From assembly GCA_040954595.2 (NCBI GenBank), contig CM082588.2:6770202-6834201 (forward strand): a stretch of 64,000 nucleotides of DNA, given 5' to 3'. The position numbers and the translations under genes were made by a program. Below are positions 1 through 13,630 of the stretch, piece after piece. A model generated the notes under the pieces. That model was not told where the DNA came from, did not search any database, and worked only from the letters and a program-made list of their open reading frames with translations. The number at the start of each line of letters is the position of its first letter. Position 1 is the stretch's first letter. Source of the stretch: Balanoglossus misakiensis. Lineage: Eukaryota; Animalia; Hemichordata.

Positions 1-65
1 ATCATGGTCATCGTTTCCTTTCTATGCTGGCCTTGGAATGGTAGAGTTCCTGTCAACATCTCAAA
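1..65 (-). CDS. RPS6KA3: p90 RSK exon 9 (truncated by window edge), N-terminal kinase domain
   Basis: Minus strand tttcag|TTTGAG... translates [22 protein letters not shown], matching RSK [20 protein letters not shown]; phase 0 fits the previous exon. Confidence 0.95.
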
Positions 66-290
66 CTGAAATCAAATAAAAGCAAAGGAGCAATGAGAAC
101 CAACTTTGTACATTTAAACTGGTCCTAGAGTCTCCACTGACAGACATCTTACCACACGGCACCAAAACAGATCTTCAAATTTCAGTATGCAAACTCTGGA
201 TCAGAAACGGTGCTAAGTTTTGCCTATCTTGTCACAAGAATATCAAAACAGGTGTTCTAACAGCAATATGCAAATTCTGCCTCCACTCAC

Positions 291-471
291 CATGAGAACA
301 CCAAAGGACCACCAATCAGCTGCTGTAGTGTGACCTCGTCTGTTGACGACCTCCGGAGCCATGTATTCTACAGTGCCACAAAATGAGTACGTCTTCTTGT
401 CTTCTAAGATGGCTTCTTTGCTGAGACCGAAGTCTGTAAGGTTTATATGCCCTGTGGAGTCTAAAAGAATG
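291..471 (-). CDS. RPS6KA3: p90 RSK exon 8 (DFG, activation loop, APE)
   Basis: 181 nt, tag|...|gtgagt; (N)[60 protein letters not shown]. Confidence 0.97.
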
Positions 472-485
472 CTACAAAAAAGAAA

Positions 486-774
486 AAAGCTCTCGATAAC
501 TTTTTTCAGTATGAAATGCCCAGTATCCAGCTTATTAACACAACCTATATAGTCAGAACTGTTATTGTGTCCAATTTGTATTCTAGTCCGGACTAGAATT
601 CATTTGTCAACAATAACGATGGTCCTGACACACATACAGGCATGTATGTTGATGAGCAGAGTATACTACTGGGTATATCAGCATGCTGTTTAGAGTACAA
701 CAAGAAATTGCATTTGGTACACAGAACAAAAATACCGCAAAAAAAGCCGAAAGTTACAGCTAATGTCTCTTTAA
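486..774. mobile_element. MITE family B (TTAA-flanked, Kolobok-like), left end decayed
   Basis: Ends GTTACAGCTAATGTCTCT|TTAA; interior is the reverse complement of 1766-2095. Confidence 0.75.
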
Positions 775-883
775 TTATCGAAGAGGGTGGTGGAGTTGGA
801 AGCAATGAAAAGAACGGCCCATTTGTGATGAATACTGACCCCATATGTATACGATTTTGATTCCTTTGTTTTTACTTGACTTA

Positions 884-1075
<192 letters not shown>

Positions 1076-1164
1076 TCAACTGGCCGTTTGGCACAAAAAC
1101 TGCCTTACATTGCATTCTGTCATTTTCATTGATGCAAGCATGTCCCTATAATAGATTAAGATCA

Positions 1165-1275
<111 letters not shown>

Positions 1276-1568
1276 TTATGAATTAATGCAATTTCTGTCA
1301 TTTGAAAGTTGTCAGTTTCTGTTACAGCCATTCACACAACACTATCAATATTTCATGTCCAACGGTGCACACAGTTGACAGATGTATATAGTTTAAAATG
1401 ACGTGTACATGAATTCTGAAGAAAATGCATTCTAATCCAGCTGTACTGACAGGGATCAAAGGTCGGCTAGAAAGCGGGGCACTCTCCCACAAGCACATTA
1501 ATCCAATATTGTCTGTATAGACGTCTGAAGTTTGTAAAAAAAAATTGAAATATGTAGGATCTACTCAC

Positions 1569-1649
1569 CATAATGCATTTTTACAATAAAAGGATGGTTA
1601 ACTTCCACCAGGATATCTCTCTCCATTTTAGTTCGCACTCTGTCTCGTA
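1569..1649 (-). CDS. RPS6KA3: p90 RSK exon 5 (alphaC helix)
   Basis: 81 nt, cag|...|gtgagt; (V)[26 protein letters not shown](A). Confidence 0.97.
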
Positions 1650-1765
1650 CTGAAAACAAAACAAAACAGAAGTCATTGTGTGTGAAAAGACAATGTTGAA
1701 ATTATAGTATTTCCTTGAAATATAGGCTGTGGTAAACCTGTACTACCTTTGACTGGTCCTTTATT

Positions 1766-2095
1766 TTAAAGGGACATTAGCTGTATCGTTTGGCTTTATT
1801 TTCAGTATTTTTGTTCTGTGTACCAATTGCAATTTCTTGTTCTACTCCAAACAGCATGCTTATATACCTACTACTCCGCTTGACAACATGGCCTGTATGT
1901 GTGTAACGGCCATGGTTATTGTTGACGAATAAATTCTAGTCCGGACTTGATTTCAAATTGTGCATAATCATGCTGACTATAGACATGTAGGTTTTGTTAA
2001 TAAGCTGGATACTGGGCATTTCAGTAATTTGAACAGAAACTGCAGGAGATGCAAACTGAAAACATAGCCAAAAGTTACAGCTAATGGAGCTTTGA
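1766..2095. mobile_element. MITE family B, full length
   Basis: TTAA|AGGGACATTAGCTGTA...GTTACAGCTAATGGAGCT|TTGA; terminal inverted repeats. Confidence 0.8.
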
Positions 2096-2256
2096 GAATA
2101 CTAAAAATAGGCCTTTTAATTTGAGCCTGCAAATTAGTCCTCTTGATAATCAGAAACCTTACAAACACTGGTGTAGTGTAAAGTATTACTGCCTGAGGGA
2201 CTTTATCACATGGCGCTCACTGAGAGGAAATACGACTCTATATTTATTCTTCTCAC

Positions 2257-2338
2257 CTTTGAGTGTAGCTTTCTTTAATACTTTCATTGCATACAAAGAG
2301 GCCGCGTCGCTCCCACGGACTTTGCGAACAAGGAAAAC
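2257..2338 (-). CDS. RPS6KA3: p90 RSK exon 4 (catalytic lysine, YAMK)
   Basis: 82 nt, cag|...|gtgaga; VFLVRKVRGSDAASLYAMKVLKKATLK(V). Confidence 0.97.
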
Positions 2339-2490
2339 CTGTAATATAAAAATAGAACATGTATTGATCAGAAATGCTTCACAAAACTACCAGATATATG
2401 ATTTGCCTAATGGAGCTCTGTGAATAATTCTGAAATATTAGATTCTTTGTGATGTTATGTAAATGCCGACCATCGCTTTTCTTGATCTGT

Positions 2491-2688
2491 TATTTTCGCG
2501 ACAGGAAATTTTCGCAACATCAAAAGAGGCAACTGTTACGCCAGGATTAATTACGCATTCTTGTATTTCACTGACTGCAGCGTTATCTTCGAAAAACAGT
2601 TTACGCCACTTTTAAATGACCACATTTTTGGGGCTGTCGCATATTTCGCGAAAATTTATTGCTCGCGAAAATGACCCGTTTTACAGTA
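2491..2688. mobile_element. MITE family E (TA-flanked, CTGTAAAAC termini), left end lost
   Basis: Shares TTTTCGCGA / AAAGAGGC / TCGCGAAAA blocks and the GTTTTACAGTA end with 8884-9080 and 11653-11864. Confidence 0.7.
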
Positions 2689-4176
2689 TGTCTTACATCT
2701 ACGATTTTTTTCCTGATAAGCTAATCATTACAAAATAGAAATGTGTGTCTGTGTGTCAGCCGGGTGAAAGACAACATTAATCATCTGCGATTCTGTCGCA
2801 TCTAGATGACCTGACAGAACAAAATTATCGCTCCCTACGAGACTCTAATGCCTGTTCAGTGAAGAATTATTACTCCCTGTGTGATCGGTCAACAACAGGA
2901 AATAAGCTGTCCCAGTCCACAACACAAGAAAGCGTGACGTCCCATCGCGACAGCAATTCCAAACGAGCAGGTTTCATCTGGCTTCTATGACAATCTCATC
3001 ACGTTTCAAGGCCGTGTCGTACACCACCCCGGGGCACAGTGACATGTCAAACTGCAATCGCCGTAAATTTATCAGAGAATCTGTCGCGGGACACAAGACA
3101 CCTATTCATGCCCGCGCCGAGGGGATTTACACTGCAAATATTTCACCGTACGTTTTGAGCTCCCCGAAGGCACCATGTTCGCGTCGTCTTGAGACTTAGA
3201 GCGGGTGATGTTAGTATTAACCATCACAACTACAAAATAAAATAGTGCCATTTTTCACCACAATTCTAATTCAGCATGTCAGAACAGCAGGACACACTGG
3301 CAACCAATCAACTGCATAAATATCAGAGGATGTCTCAGACAACACATAATGAAAAACATAAGACAAGTGGATTCCGGTATCCAAAAATTGTGATAATTTT
3401 TCAAAATGTTTTTCAACCATTGAAGATTTAGTAAAATAATTGATTTTCAAGTCAGATAACTTCAAAATTGAGGCCCTACTTTATAATAGCCCGTATGCAA
3501 ATTTATGCAAAGTTACAGTGGCAATTTGACTGTGTGTCCCTATACATTTGCATAACTATTGGACTCACACAGAGAGTTATTGTACCAGGGAACTCCATGT
3601 ATTAAACAGAAAACACAAATTGCAGCTTCAACGCACAAAGCTAAATGTCATCAAAACTAGAACGGTCTTTGCATTTAAAACGGATTAATCCGACTAGTAT
3701 TAATGCTATATATACACTAGATTTATTCATTTGAAATTGATTTCTCGGTAGGAAATAAGCTTAGTATTGAGCCCACAGTTTCCAATTGTGAAGTTGGATG
3801 GAGCTCACCTGCAGGTCAGCGGGGGTTCGAAGAATTAACAAGATTAACAGTTTACTATAGAAAAGCATCTATTATTCATGGCTACATTGCCAGCTTGTTG
3901 GGTTCAGTAGCCAAGAATAGAACAGCAAGTTTCCCCACTGTGATTGAAGGTCGAAGAGTCAGCTAAGCCTAATGTACTTTGTATTTTCGGGTCATGGCTT
4001 CTATACCTCGAAGCATCTGTCTAGTACTTCATGTGGTCTGTACAAGTCACACAATAGTTTAACCTGTAGAGTAGGGTGCAATCTATCAACGTATACATGT
4101 ACATCATCAATCCATGCCAAGACTCCCTCTTGATTTTAATACACTGATATAATTGTACAGGACATGTACTGGTATA

Positions 4177-4354
4177 TACATTAAAACTTGTCTAAACTGA
4201 ACACCAAGAGGTGTCTGGTTTATTGAGGTTTTTTAACATGTCCGGTTTATCAAGTTTTTTTTAACATGTTCTATGTGAGAGGGACTGGAAAATGTGTTCG
4301 GTATAGACAGAGTTCCATATTAGAAAAGGTTCGATTTAGACAGGTGTTATTGTA
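4177..4354. mobile_element. degenerate Tc1/mariner (pogo/Tigger-like) MITE
   Basis: Imperfect TIRs TACATTAAAACTTGTCTAAACTGAAC ... GTTCGATTTAGACAGGTGTTATTGTA, TA at both ends. Confidence 0.6.
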
Positions 4355-7300
4355 TGTAACGTGTGTATGTGCGTGTATGAATGTATGTATATACCGGTTT
4401 GTATCAGTATGTGTGAGAGTGTGTGTGTAACATTGTACCGGTACATACCGTAGATGCTTAATGTAACAATATGAGTGTTTACTTGAATAGTTTCAAGTTT
4501 GCGTTTATATGTTTGCGTGCTACATCATACTTGTTTGCCACTATTTCTGCTGACTGTCAAATACAAAGATGGCACTCGAATCAACATGAAAAGTCTGCCT
4601 ATCAAAGCTTCCTGGTGTTGCTTGTAAATCTACCTGTGTTTGATTTTGAAATCATCAAGATGTTTGTAGCAGCTGCTATCAACTAGGGACACACTTGACC
4701 CTGAGACAAAATGAGATTGCTAGTGGCTGGACGTACATGTACGCACATCTGATCCGAAATAAAAATGGAAAACGGTCACTCTTTTCATTCCAACAAAAAG
4801 GCAAAGTCCTGGGAACTGCTCATGATTTCTATCATCTAAAAAAAAATGATCGAATGGATTGCGCTTTTTAAAATTAAACCTCAGTGGCCATTATAAAACA
4901 AACTACATGTTGTACGTCAGTTTAATCCTTGGGCATTTCCGGCTTTTACTGGGAACACACTGGGATCAGGAACACAGATGTGGGAGTTTTTTTTTCCCCA
5001 CGCCAAAGTTCAAATAGCCATCAAGAAGTCTTGCATCCAAAGTTGAAATTACATGCCTGTTTAGGAAGCCACAAAGGTGACTTCGAACCAAGATTTTCAA
5101 TTTGCTTCAGAGAGAAATCACTTGATTGACGGTAGTACCATTGTTGAAAACATCATTTCTCTGCCTTAAGTTAAACGTAAGCAGCAGTATAATTATTAGC
5201 CTGAGAGAGCATCGATGAGTATCTTCAGAATTTGATGTCTCTGATGTTTGTGAGTAATCTCCCCTCTCTCCCTCCACTGCCCCCCCCCCCTCGCAATACT
5301 CACTTCCATGAACAACGAAAATAGGCATTGGTCCAACATGGACAACAATTTTTTTCTCTCCAAAAATCCTCCATCCCCAGGGCCCCCCTCAGAAATCAAT
5401 TGGTTCTCCCCTAAACGTTTCACAGTGGCACTATTCTCGGCATGTACAGTCAATATTCTAACTGTTGCATCCTGTCTGCCCACTCTAAAGTCTTACCTGT
5501 AATAGACTACTGATCGATGATAAGCTGTATTCAAAGAAAAATGCGGTGTAGACAAAGGGCGTGGGTCAATTTACCGGCTACTTCATAATCGGAAGTATTG
5601 GTGACAGATACCATTAACCTGGTATGTCACAGGGTAATCCAATTTCCTGTCTGGTTTGATTTCTTTCCAGTTTTTTTTTCTTTTTTCGAAAGAATGATGC
5701 AACATCATCTGACAATGAAAGTTCAACACCTTTTACAATTATCAAGATTTTTTTTTAAATGATAAAAACCGGAATCAAATTTGAGTTTTGTATAAACACA
5801 ACACGTTCCTATTTTATTGTATAATACAACTATAGTGAGTGCCACATTTTTACTGTCAAAATGTTGGTGCATCAGGCTACGAACTTTAATCGCATGTCAC
5901 TTGAGTTTAATGCGTTCAAAGTATTTGAGATTTGAACACAAGTGGTTTCATTGGACATCAATTTGAGTCATTTTCTGGAATTGCAACAGACAGTTCGTCA
6001 TAAAAGAGAGGAATGGACACAAGCAGCGAACGAACATCCCTTGACGGACGACCACAGGTGATATTTTACAGTCGATTTGAGTTGTGTCGTTTTTATGATT
6101 TGTCACTGGTCGGTCACTGATAATTTGCACAGACGGTCAGAGCCGAGAGGTCAACAGATATCGTGCATCATGACCTGCTGGCCAAATGCATTGAAGTCAA
6201 TCGCAGGTTACAGACTGATGGAGAAAACAGCCGTGAAGAGGGGTGTTGTTGACCCATTGGTGAGTGTTACTTAAATAGCCTGGAGGGAGCCCTCTAGACA
6301 CAAAGCTGGTATCAGTGAACGGAGCCAGGTATACTTTGAGAAATCTTCAGTTTTAAAGCGCCTAGCTCGTCTCACACGCATGTTCCAGCTGTAGCCGCTG
6401 GTTACAGACGTTTAGTGAATAGTCAATCCCATAAGGCAGTGCTCTGCCCTAACACCAGAGAAGATGGTGGAGACCATAATCTGTGTCGGAGATCGGGAAA
6501 AGACACCAGCTTGGGTGAAAAGGAGGGACAAAACCAGAATCTACTTATACGGTGCACATGAAAGATTGAAGGAAGCGAAGGCAGTCCACTATTTGAATGC
6601 ATCGAATGGAAAATTTGCTGGGAAGTTACGCGCATGCGTGTGAGACGATCTATTGCCTTTAATATTAGTATACATTTCATTGTGTCATGGTCAATTTCTT
6701 GTGTCATAAACACATCCTTCTGGCATACAACACACTAAACATGATCTACTGGCAGAGAAAACTGGATCACGAAGAGTTACTGGTGTGCAAGCCACAGTTT
6801 AAATGACAATTTACCTTGTCCTTCTGAAGGGCTCTAAAACTGTCACACTCAACAACAATCAAAATTATAATCAGAAATTGGACACCTAAAATTGATTCCA
6901 TGATTGGATTGGCTGATATAATTGATTAATTAAATTTAATTATCAAATGACATTTTTAAATGGCTTCACTATTAGGTATGGTAATAATCTGTCCTCGCCG
7001 AAAAAAGGATTATTTTTTTTCCTGGCAAAACACTCTTTTTGGTAAAAAAAATGCATGATCATGTGATATGTAAACAGTTATATGTTTGAGCTAAGAATTC
7101 AGGATGTTTCAATCAACAGATCAACACACCCAACTTCCCACATAAAATTGAAATTATGAAATCATTAATTGATATTTTTCAAGAAAATAGTAAGGCACAT
7201 TTCCTCAGTACAATTGAACGGAAATTATCTATGAAGAAAACCTACGCGTATGTGGGTGCATAGCGATGTGCTTTCCTGTCAGTCAAGAGCACAAATGTAA

Positions 7301-7560
7301 TTCTGTGACCTGTAAAACTGATGGCGGCGAAATTCCACACAAACCTGCCGTCGAGTTGACAGACAGTAATTCATCCAGCCTTGGCCTCCGAAGATGAAAT
7401 CTATTTTTATAAGAGCTCACTGCCGGCTGACATTGGACACTGGTGCCAGTAATAAATCGAAAAATGTCTATAAATAGACGAGCAGTCACGATCTCGGCAC
7501 TGATCCATCTGCCCTCAGTATTTCCTGATAGTACAACCTCATCTTGGAGAAATCCTTCAA

Positions 7561-7910
7561 TTAAAGGGACAAAGTCTCTCTCTCTCTCGCTGCCCCTTTT
7601 CCATTAAAAATGTTTGATACAAGAAACCCTTTATGATGTGTATATAAGTGAATGAATGTTCGACCACAGACAACTTCCATCCCACTTGTATGATATGAGA
7701 GTAAAAACTCGTCCAAAATGAATAAATGGTAGAGAACGATTATTCATATTGGTGAGTTTTTTCACTCTTGTGTCTACAAGTGGGATGGACGGTGTGTGTG
7801 ATTGAACGTTGATTCACCATCTATCCACATGTACATTAACATTAACAGTGTCTTGTATCAAACATAATTAATGTAAAAAGGGCAGAGAGAGATAGACTTT
7901 GTCCCTTTAA
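7561..7910. mobile_element. MITE family A (palindromic, TTAA TSD, Kolobok/T2-like), full length
   Basis: TTAA|AGGGACAAAGTCTCTC...GACTTTGTCCCT|TTAA; the whole element is an imperfect inverted repeat. Confidence 0.88.
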
Positions 7911-8170
7911 AGCTCCATTAGCTGTAAATTTTCACTATGTTTTCAGTCCTTTCGTTTTGTGTATCTACTGCAGTTTTAGGTTGAAGCATGTTGAAATGTC
8001 CAGAATCCAGCTTATAAACACAATACATGTATATAGTCAGCATTGTTATTGTAGGGAGTTCAGAATCCAATATGGCCGCCATACGAACTGCTGTACACCG
8101 TAAAAAATTCCGTAGTTTTAAAATGACAATGTGAGATAGTTTCTTTGCAAAATATGAATATATCAGTTTA
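7907..8170. mobile_element. MITE family B-related copy abutting family A
   Basis: Starts TTAA|AGCTCCATTAGCTGTAA; shares ATCCAGCTTAT and ATATAGTCAG blocks with family B; right boundary uncertain. Confidence 0.6.
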
Positions 8171-8512
8171 CCTGCACCGCGCCCTTTGCAAACGTTCAGG
8201 AGTACTGAATGCAAATGAGTTTTGCAGGAAAATGCCTCTCAAGACATCGACTCAAGTGAAACTCAAAATTCATTCAGTGCTTTTATGATCCATCGGAGAA
8301 GTAGTGGCACGTCATTGACCTTGCATTAAGGAATACACAACATGTCAAAACTTGGACTGTCTGAAGCCTACAGGATTGTCAGAATTCATAAGCGTCAAAA
8401 TCCTTCACGTCAGCCAGTGGCAAGACCTCTCGTTTATGACGCGTCACGATGATCAATTACGCGACGTCAATTGCACCCTCAGACGCACGCACAGCCATGG
8501 ATTGAAGTAGAT

Positions 8513-8709
8513 TTAAAGGTATACGGTCACCTCCAATTTACATACGCCCATATACAGCAGAGATAGTGTATTTGAGTGTTCTGAAGAACATATGTTGGCG
8601 CTCTTTTTTTTCCGCGCGTGCCACCTACTGAAAATCTGTGATTGGCTAGATCTCAATTTGCCATGGTAACTATAGAGCTAAATTTACATAGGTGACCGTA
8701 TACCTTTAA
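8513..8709. mobile_element. MITE family C (TTAA TSD, Kolobok-like)
   Basis: Perfect TIR TTAA|AGGTATACGGTCACCT ... AGGTGACCGTATACCT|TTAA; second copy at 60728. Confidence 0.85.
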
Positions 8710-8883
8710 GACGTGTACGGCAGAATTAAAAACGTTTTTCACTGAGAATCTCAGAGAGTTGTTCGCATAAAAGCAGTGTGTGGGTGGGTGTTCTAACCAT
8801 TGCTACTTGTGCAAACTCTCAGAGAACTCCAATGGCAAACCTGTGACAACATCTGAAACCATTCGCGAGAAATGAAGTGCGCA

Positions 8884-9080
8884 TACTGTAAAACGGGAAA
8901 TTTTCGTGACAGGAAATTTCGTGATATCAAAAGAGGCAATTAATTGTCACATTCTAGTATTCCACTAATGGCATTGTTATCTCCGAAAAACATTTAGGCG
9001 ACATTTTATTTTCACGTTTTATGGCTACCGCGAGGTTTGCGAAAATTTATCATTCGCGAAAAATTTCCCGTTTTACATTA
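8884..9080. mobile_element. MITE family E
   Basis: TA|CTGTAAAACGGGAAATTTT ... AAAATTTCCCGTTTTACAT|TA. Confidence 0.8.
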
Positions 9081-10440
9081 TATCACAATCTTAATGTTGT
9101 CAAGTGCCTCACTGTTTATTCTGGCTCACTGCTTTGATTTACAAACCTCTACCGTAATGACGTGTTTAGTTTGAAAACACTGTAGTCTCCATGGAATCGC
9201 AATAATCCAGATTTTCAACGCAACATTAGTCGACACAAAGTACAGACTACCAGAAGACACTTTACTGTATCCATGATGCTGAGGATTACTTCACAAATCA
9301 CGTTCAAATATTTTATGTTTTACTCTGAAGTCTGGCAACCATGCGAACCAATTTTTTTACCATCTTTCCTCAATCTTTGTTCAACACCTGAGCCATTCTT
9401 AAATTAGATTTTCTGTATCTGTCACCCAGGAGGGTGGAATTTACGAACGACTTGTATCGCCATGGTAACTTCACACTTTTTTTTCACACTAGAATTTTCG
9501 TTGCATCTGGGGGTTTCCCACTGTCAAGAATTTTGTCTGTGTTAGAATTTTTTTTCTGAATCAAATGTGACGAGAACAGATAACTGGCAATCTTGTCGGG
9601 GAAATTTCATTTTCATTAGAGCCTATTTTCATGAACATCCAGTTTTCTCCTTTGTTTTCAAAAACACGCCCCTCAAACTTTAATATAGCAAAGAACTGGA
9701 AGGTTTGGAGCACTATCATTTTTCTGAAAATCAGTCCCTGAAGCGCATTCTACCTTAATTTTATTGATGGAGTAATATGACTGAAGTGCAGGAAAATACA
9801 GAAGAGGTTAATACTAGGTTCGTGTCAGGGCATAGCCTGGAAATGTGTAGACATCATGTTTAGCAGCATTTGTGTATTGCTAGGAATGAATTATTCCTCT
9901 GAAGTTGCCTTCTAGTATTTCAATTATTTTTCTTTCATTACATGGCATTATTTATGTCAGTGTTAATAGCATCCGGGTGTTGGAACTCTCATCAACCTTG
10001 TGCGTGTATAGTTTAAGGTACAAATAAAATGATGGATTCTTTTTACATAAATGCAGTAAATCATTTGGATGGCTTTTGGATAATTGAAACTTGGATGATA
10101 AACATATTTTTCTTATGGGGGGGTTGTTATATTTTGATTACTGTACGGAAATTCACATTGCGTTGTGATGAGCAATTTTCATGAGTACTGAGTGAGAGCC
10201 AAAAAATGCATAGTCCAGATGCATTAAACTCTAAAACCTCCATGACCATAAGAAAACCATACCCTTAACAACAATCGCGCCATTGGATAACATTTAGCAT
10301 GCGTTAACTAAAGAACGCTTTGTTATCCAATCAGTGCTCGCGTCATATACAGCTTTCGATTCTGTGAGAGTGTGGGATCGATTTGTTCTCACACTCTGAT
10401 CCCACACTCTCAGCGTGCCAGGAGAGAAGGGTGAACCTAC

Positions 10441-10563
10441 CTTTCCAAAGGATCCTTGGCCAAGAACTTTAAGAAGTTCGAAATGAGAAGGGTCTGCTTT
10501 CTGCAAGCCAGCTCTGGTGACATCCTTCAACTCAAACTCGGACATATTATGGTCCCCATCCTC
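10441..10563 (-). CDS. RPS6KA3: p90 RSK exon 3 (Gly-rich loop)
   Basis: 123 nt, cag|...|gtaggt, phase 0/0; EDGDHNMSEFELKDVTRAGLQKADPSHFELLKVLGQGSFGK. Confidence 0.95.
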
Positions 10564-11652
10564 CTGTGAAAATAAAACAAACACAGCAAAGTGTGAGTGA
10601 GAATATTGCTTAAAATTACTGTGGCTTTTAGACACATACTTGTCAGAACCCATCTCATGTGATACTGACATAGCAATTGCTTGCGTTGTAACTTGGAGAC
10701 TTATAAAATTTCATAGTTCCTTTTATTTTATTAGACAATACCCTGCTGCAGTCGTTGACAAAGTCCCACTAATTTGTAATAACTGCCCACATTGATTCTC
10801 CCTGACATCTGTGTCAAAGAGTGTTCAATAAAGAACTCCGGTATTTCCTCCCAGAGTACTGAGACTTTGTCAATATTTCTAATGACATTTTATATTGAAT
10901 CATGGATCTTTGACCTCTTGATTAAAATAAAAACCTTCATTTGGTTTGACCATTAGGGCAAAGACCTCTGGTGTTTCATATGACCATTTGGGCACAAAGC
11001 TACATAAATATTTATTGTTTTTATGTCAATTTACAAGAAAAGTTTTGCCTTGACGCATGCAAGTTGTTTGTGTTAAAATTTGTATGATTGTGTATCTTCA
11101 TTTTTGACATCAAATTTGAAGGTTGTACATTGCACAAAAAATCATAATAATTGTACAAAGATTGGGATGGTAATTAACATCCTGTACAATGCTACACACA
11201 TCTCACCCTGTTTGGACACTGCGATCTCTGTAACAACAACTCTGTATTGATTGTATCGCACCAATGTTGGAACCCGTCCATTGCAAGATTTCCATCGAAT
11301 CCCTGAGAATAACCACGTAGTCCTGAAATCCATGCGATTTCCATGTCAAGTACAACGTGTGCTTGGCTACATGCACTGGTTACAAAATCGGAGACTACGT
11401 GTGTGTTATCTCAAAGACGTGTGTGCCACTGCACATTGTGAAGGTTCCGCGATATCAAGTTAATATTTCATGATCTTTCACCTACTTTTAGTACCCTCCC
11501 ATTAACTTTAACACTTGGTAGGATCCAGTGTGTTTAACACTGGGTCGGACCACTTGACGAACACAGAGAGGGGGGTTCCCATGGTTTATTTATTATAAAT
11601 CGAGCTGTAATACAGCCCCTAAATAGCACGGTTCATGTAGACATTTGCAGAA

Positions 11653-11864
11653 TACTGTAAAACACTTTATTTTCGCGAGTTAAATTTTTCGCGATATCGA
11701 GAGAGGCCACTGTTTCACGAGTATTAATTTTTGCGTTCTCTTATTTCATTCACTGCATCGTTTCCTTCAAAAACAATTTACGCGACTTTTTATTTTCACG
11801 CTATTTTAGCTCTCGCGTATTTGGCGAAAATTAATTGCTCGCGAAAATAAAGTGTTTTACAGTA
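11653..11864. mobile_element. MITE family E (Tc1/mariner-type, TA TSD)
   Basis: Perfect 27-bp inverted ends TACTGTAAAACACTTTATTTTCGCGAG ... CTCGCGAAAATAAAGTGTTTTACAGTA. Confidence 0.85.
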
Positions 11865-12367
11865 CTTGAGTATTGCAAATACAGCACTGCAGACAGCTGG
11901 TAATATTGTATGTAGACACACTGACTGGTTTTGTGTGAAGGCCATGAGGACAACCTATACATAGCCCACATCAAACTGCATTCCAACAGCACTTGGACAC
12001 ACAGGCAACTGAGACACCCACCCCCTTCTTCCATCCAGTCAACCCAGTCGACCGAGACACACACTTATTCTCAAAGGGCCTCTCCCACGGACATATTTTC
12101 GTTTCCGATCAATCCAAACCTCGGTACTTGTGCTCCGAGAATGCCCTACACAAGAGTTCGCGACCTCGCCGATTCCGGTGTCAAATATAAAGTTTCCTAC
12201 GGTTGGCCGCAAATAAGTCTGTGACACACCACGGAACAATGGGTTCTCTTCTCTGATGAAAGATCCTATGTAGTTAAAGACATCCTGTTTTTTCCATCAC
12301 AGCGATGATAATTTATTCATGGTTTCCCACCACACTGGCCGATCTGCATGTCTGTCAGTACCAATCC

Positions 12368-12567
12368 TAAGGGGAGAACCATTTGATTTCCGGGGGAGAG
12401 AGGTGGTATATATGTCAGCATTTTTTCCCAGCCACTATTTAATTTTTTTATTTCTACTGCTAGTCTTAATTTTGTTCTCAAGGCATTACAGAAGATTTTT
12501 TTTTCCGCACCAACAATTTTTTTTAAAACTCCTCCACCCCCAAGAAATCAAATGGTCCTCCCCTTAA
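12368..12567. mobile_element. MITE family D (GGGGAG termini; Harbinger- or Kolobok-like)
   Basis: TIR GGGGAGAACCATTTGATTTC ... GAAATCAAATGGTCCTCCCC flanked by TAA/TTAA; a matching right end occurs at 5391-5414. Confidence 0.75.
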
Positions 12568-13143
12568 GAAATGGACACAGAAATCAGATCAGAGAGTCCG
12601 GGGAGAAAGTCCTTCAGGCATTGACACCATAGTCCGAAATAACTTCCTCTTCTCATTAACTTTCCCTTTGTACGAAACCGGGCGTGCTATTGTCATTAAA
12701 ACCACTCACCCCACACACTCCAGCCCTCCCCTTTGACAAGATTCTAATCAGAAACAAAAACAGCAGACAGAATCAGTGAAGGCTATTGACTTTTACATTC
12801 TTGACTGCCATTGTAACTTTTTATAAGTGAAAGGCCATCCGACCTGGACTGCTAACACTTAACAGGGTCTTCTTTTATTACTGCAGTTTAGAATCTTGTT
12901 ACAAATTTTACCGAATGTAATAGTTTTTATTACGTTACTACATGTACACACTTTCAAGCTCTCAATACTGAGTGAACCATCCCAAATGTTCTTCGTTTTT
13001 ACCCGTAGCCATCCACGACGCAGTTGAAATCACAACTTTACAACTTAGGTGATATTGACAAGGTTCGGTCGGCCATTAAAGTTACTGATCCACATACTAT
13101 GTTTCTGATTTCAAATTTTTTCTCATGAAATTTTTATATGTAA

Positions 13144-13306
13144 TTAAAGGGACAAAGTCTTCTCTCGTCCCATTAATTATGTTTGATACAAGAAACCGTT
13201 TATGTTATTCTACATGTGCATATATAGTGAATCAACGTGCAGAATAACATAAACAGTGTCTTGTATCAAACATAATTAATGAATTAGAGAGACTTCGTCC
13301 CTTTAA
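13144..13306. mobile_element. MITE family A, internally deleted
   Basis: Both TTAAAGGGAC termini present; central ~190 bp missing. Confidence 0.8.
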
Positions 13307-13527
13307 GTGCCTGAAGCTTCATTCAATTTTATTACTAAGTCTAACGTGTGGACCACCATACACTGTACATGTACCTTGGTACAATCTGATCCCCTGCAGA
13401 GGAAAATGGGGGAGGGGGAACCAAAGATGATACCTTCCTCTTTTTTACAAGAACAAACTCTAAGATATAGTCAATTCCAACACCCCCAAACAAAAATGCC
13501 CACTTTCTTTTATATATGCGAGTCTTA

Positions 13528-13630
13528 AATTATGTTTGATACAAGACACCGTTTATGTTATTGTATCATGTCTTGTATCAAACATAATTAATGGAAAAAG
13601 GTCAGCGAGAGAGAGACTTTGTCCCTTTAA
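13528..13630. mobile_element. MITE family A fragment
   Basis: AATTATGTTTGATACAAGACAC ... TGTCTTGTATCAAACATAATTAATGG...GACTTTGTCCCTTTAA. Confidence 0.75.

Noticed and set aside
11831-12260. CpG-richer patch with short ORFs in RSK intron 2 as an extra exon
   Set aside because: No in-frame donor site compatible with exon 3 was found
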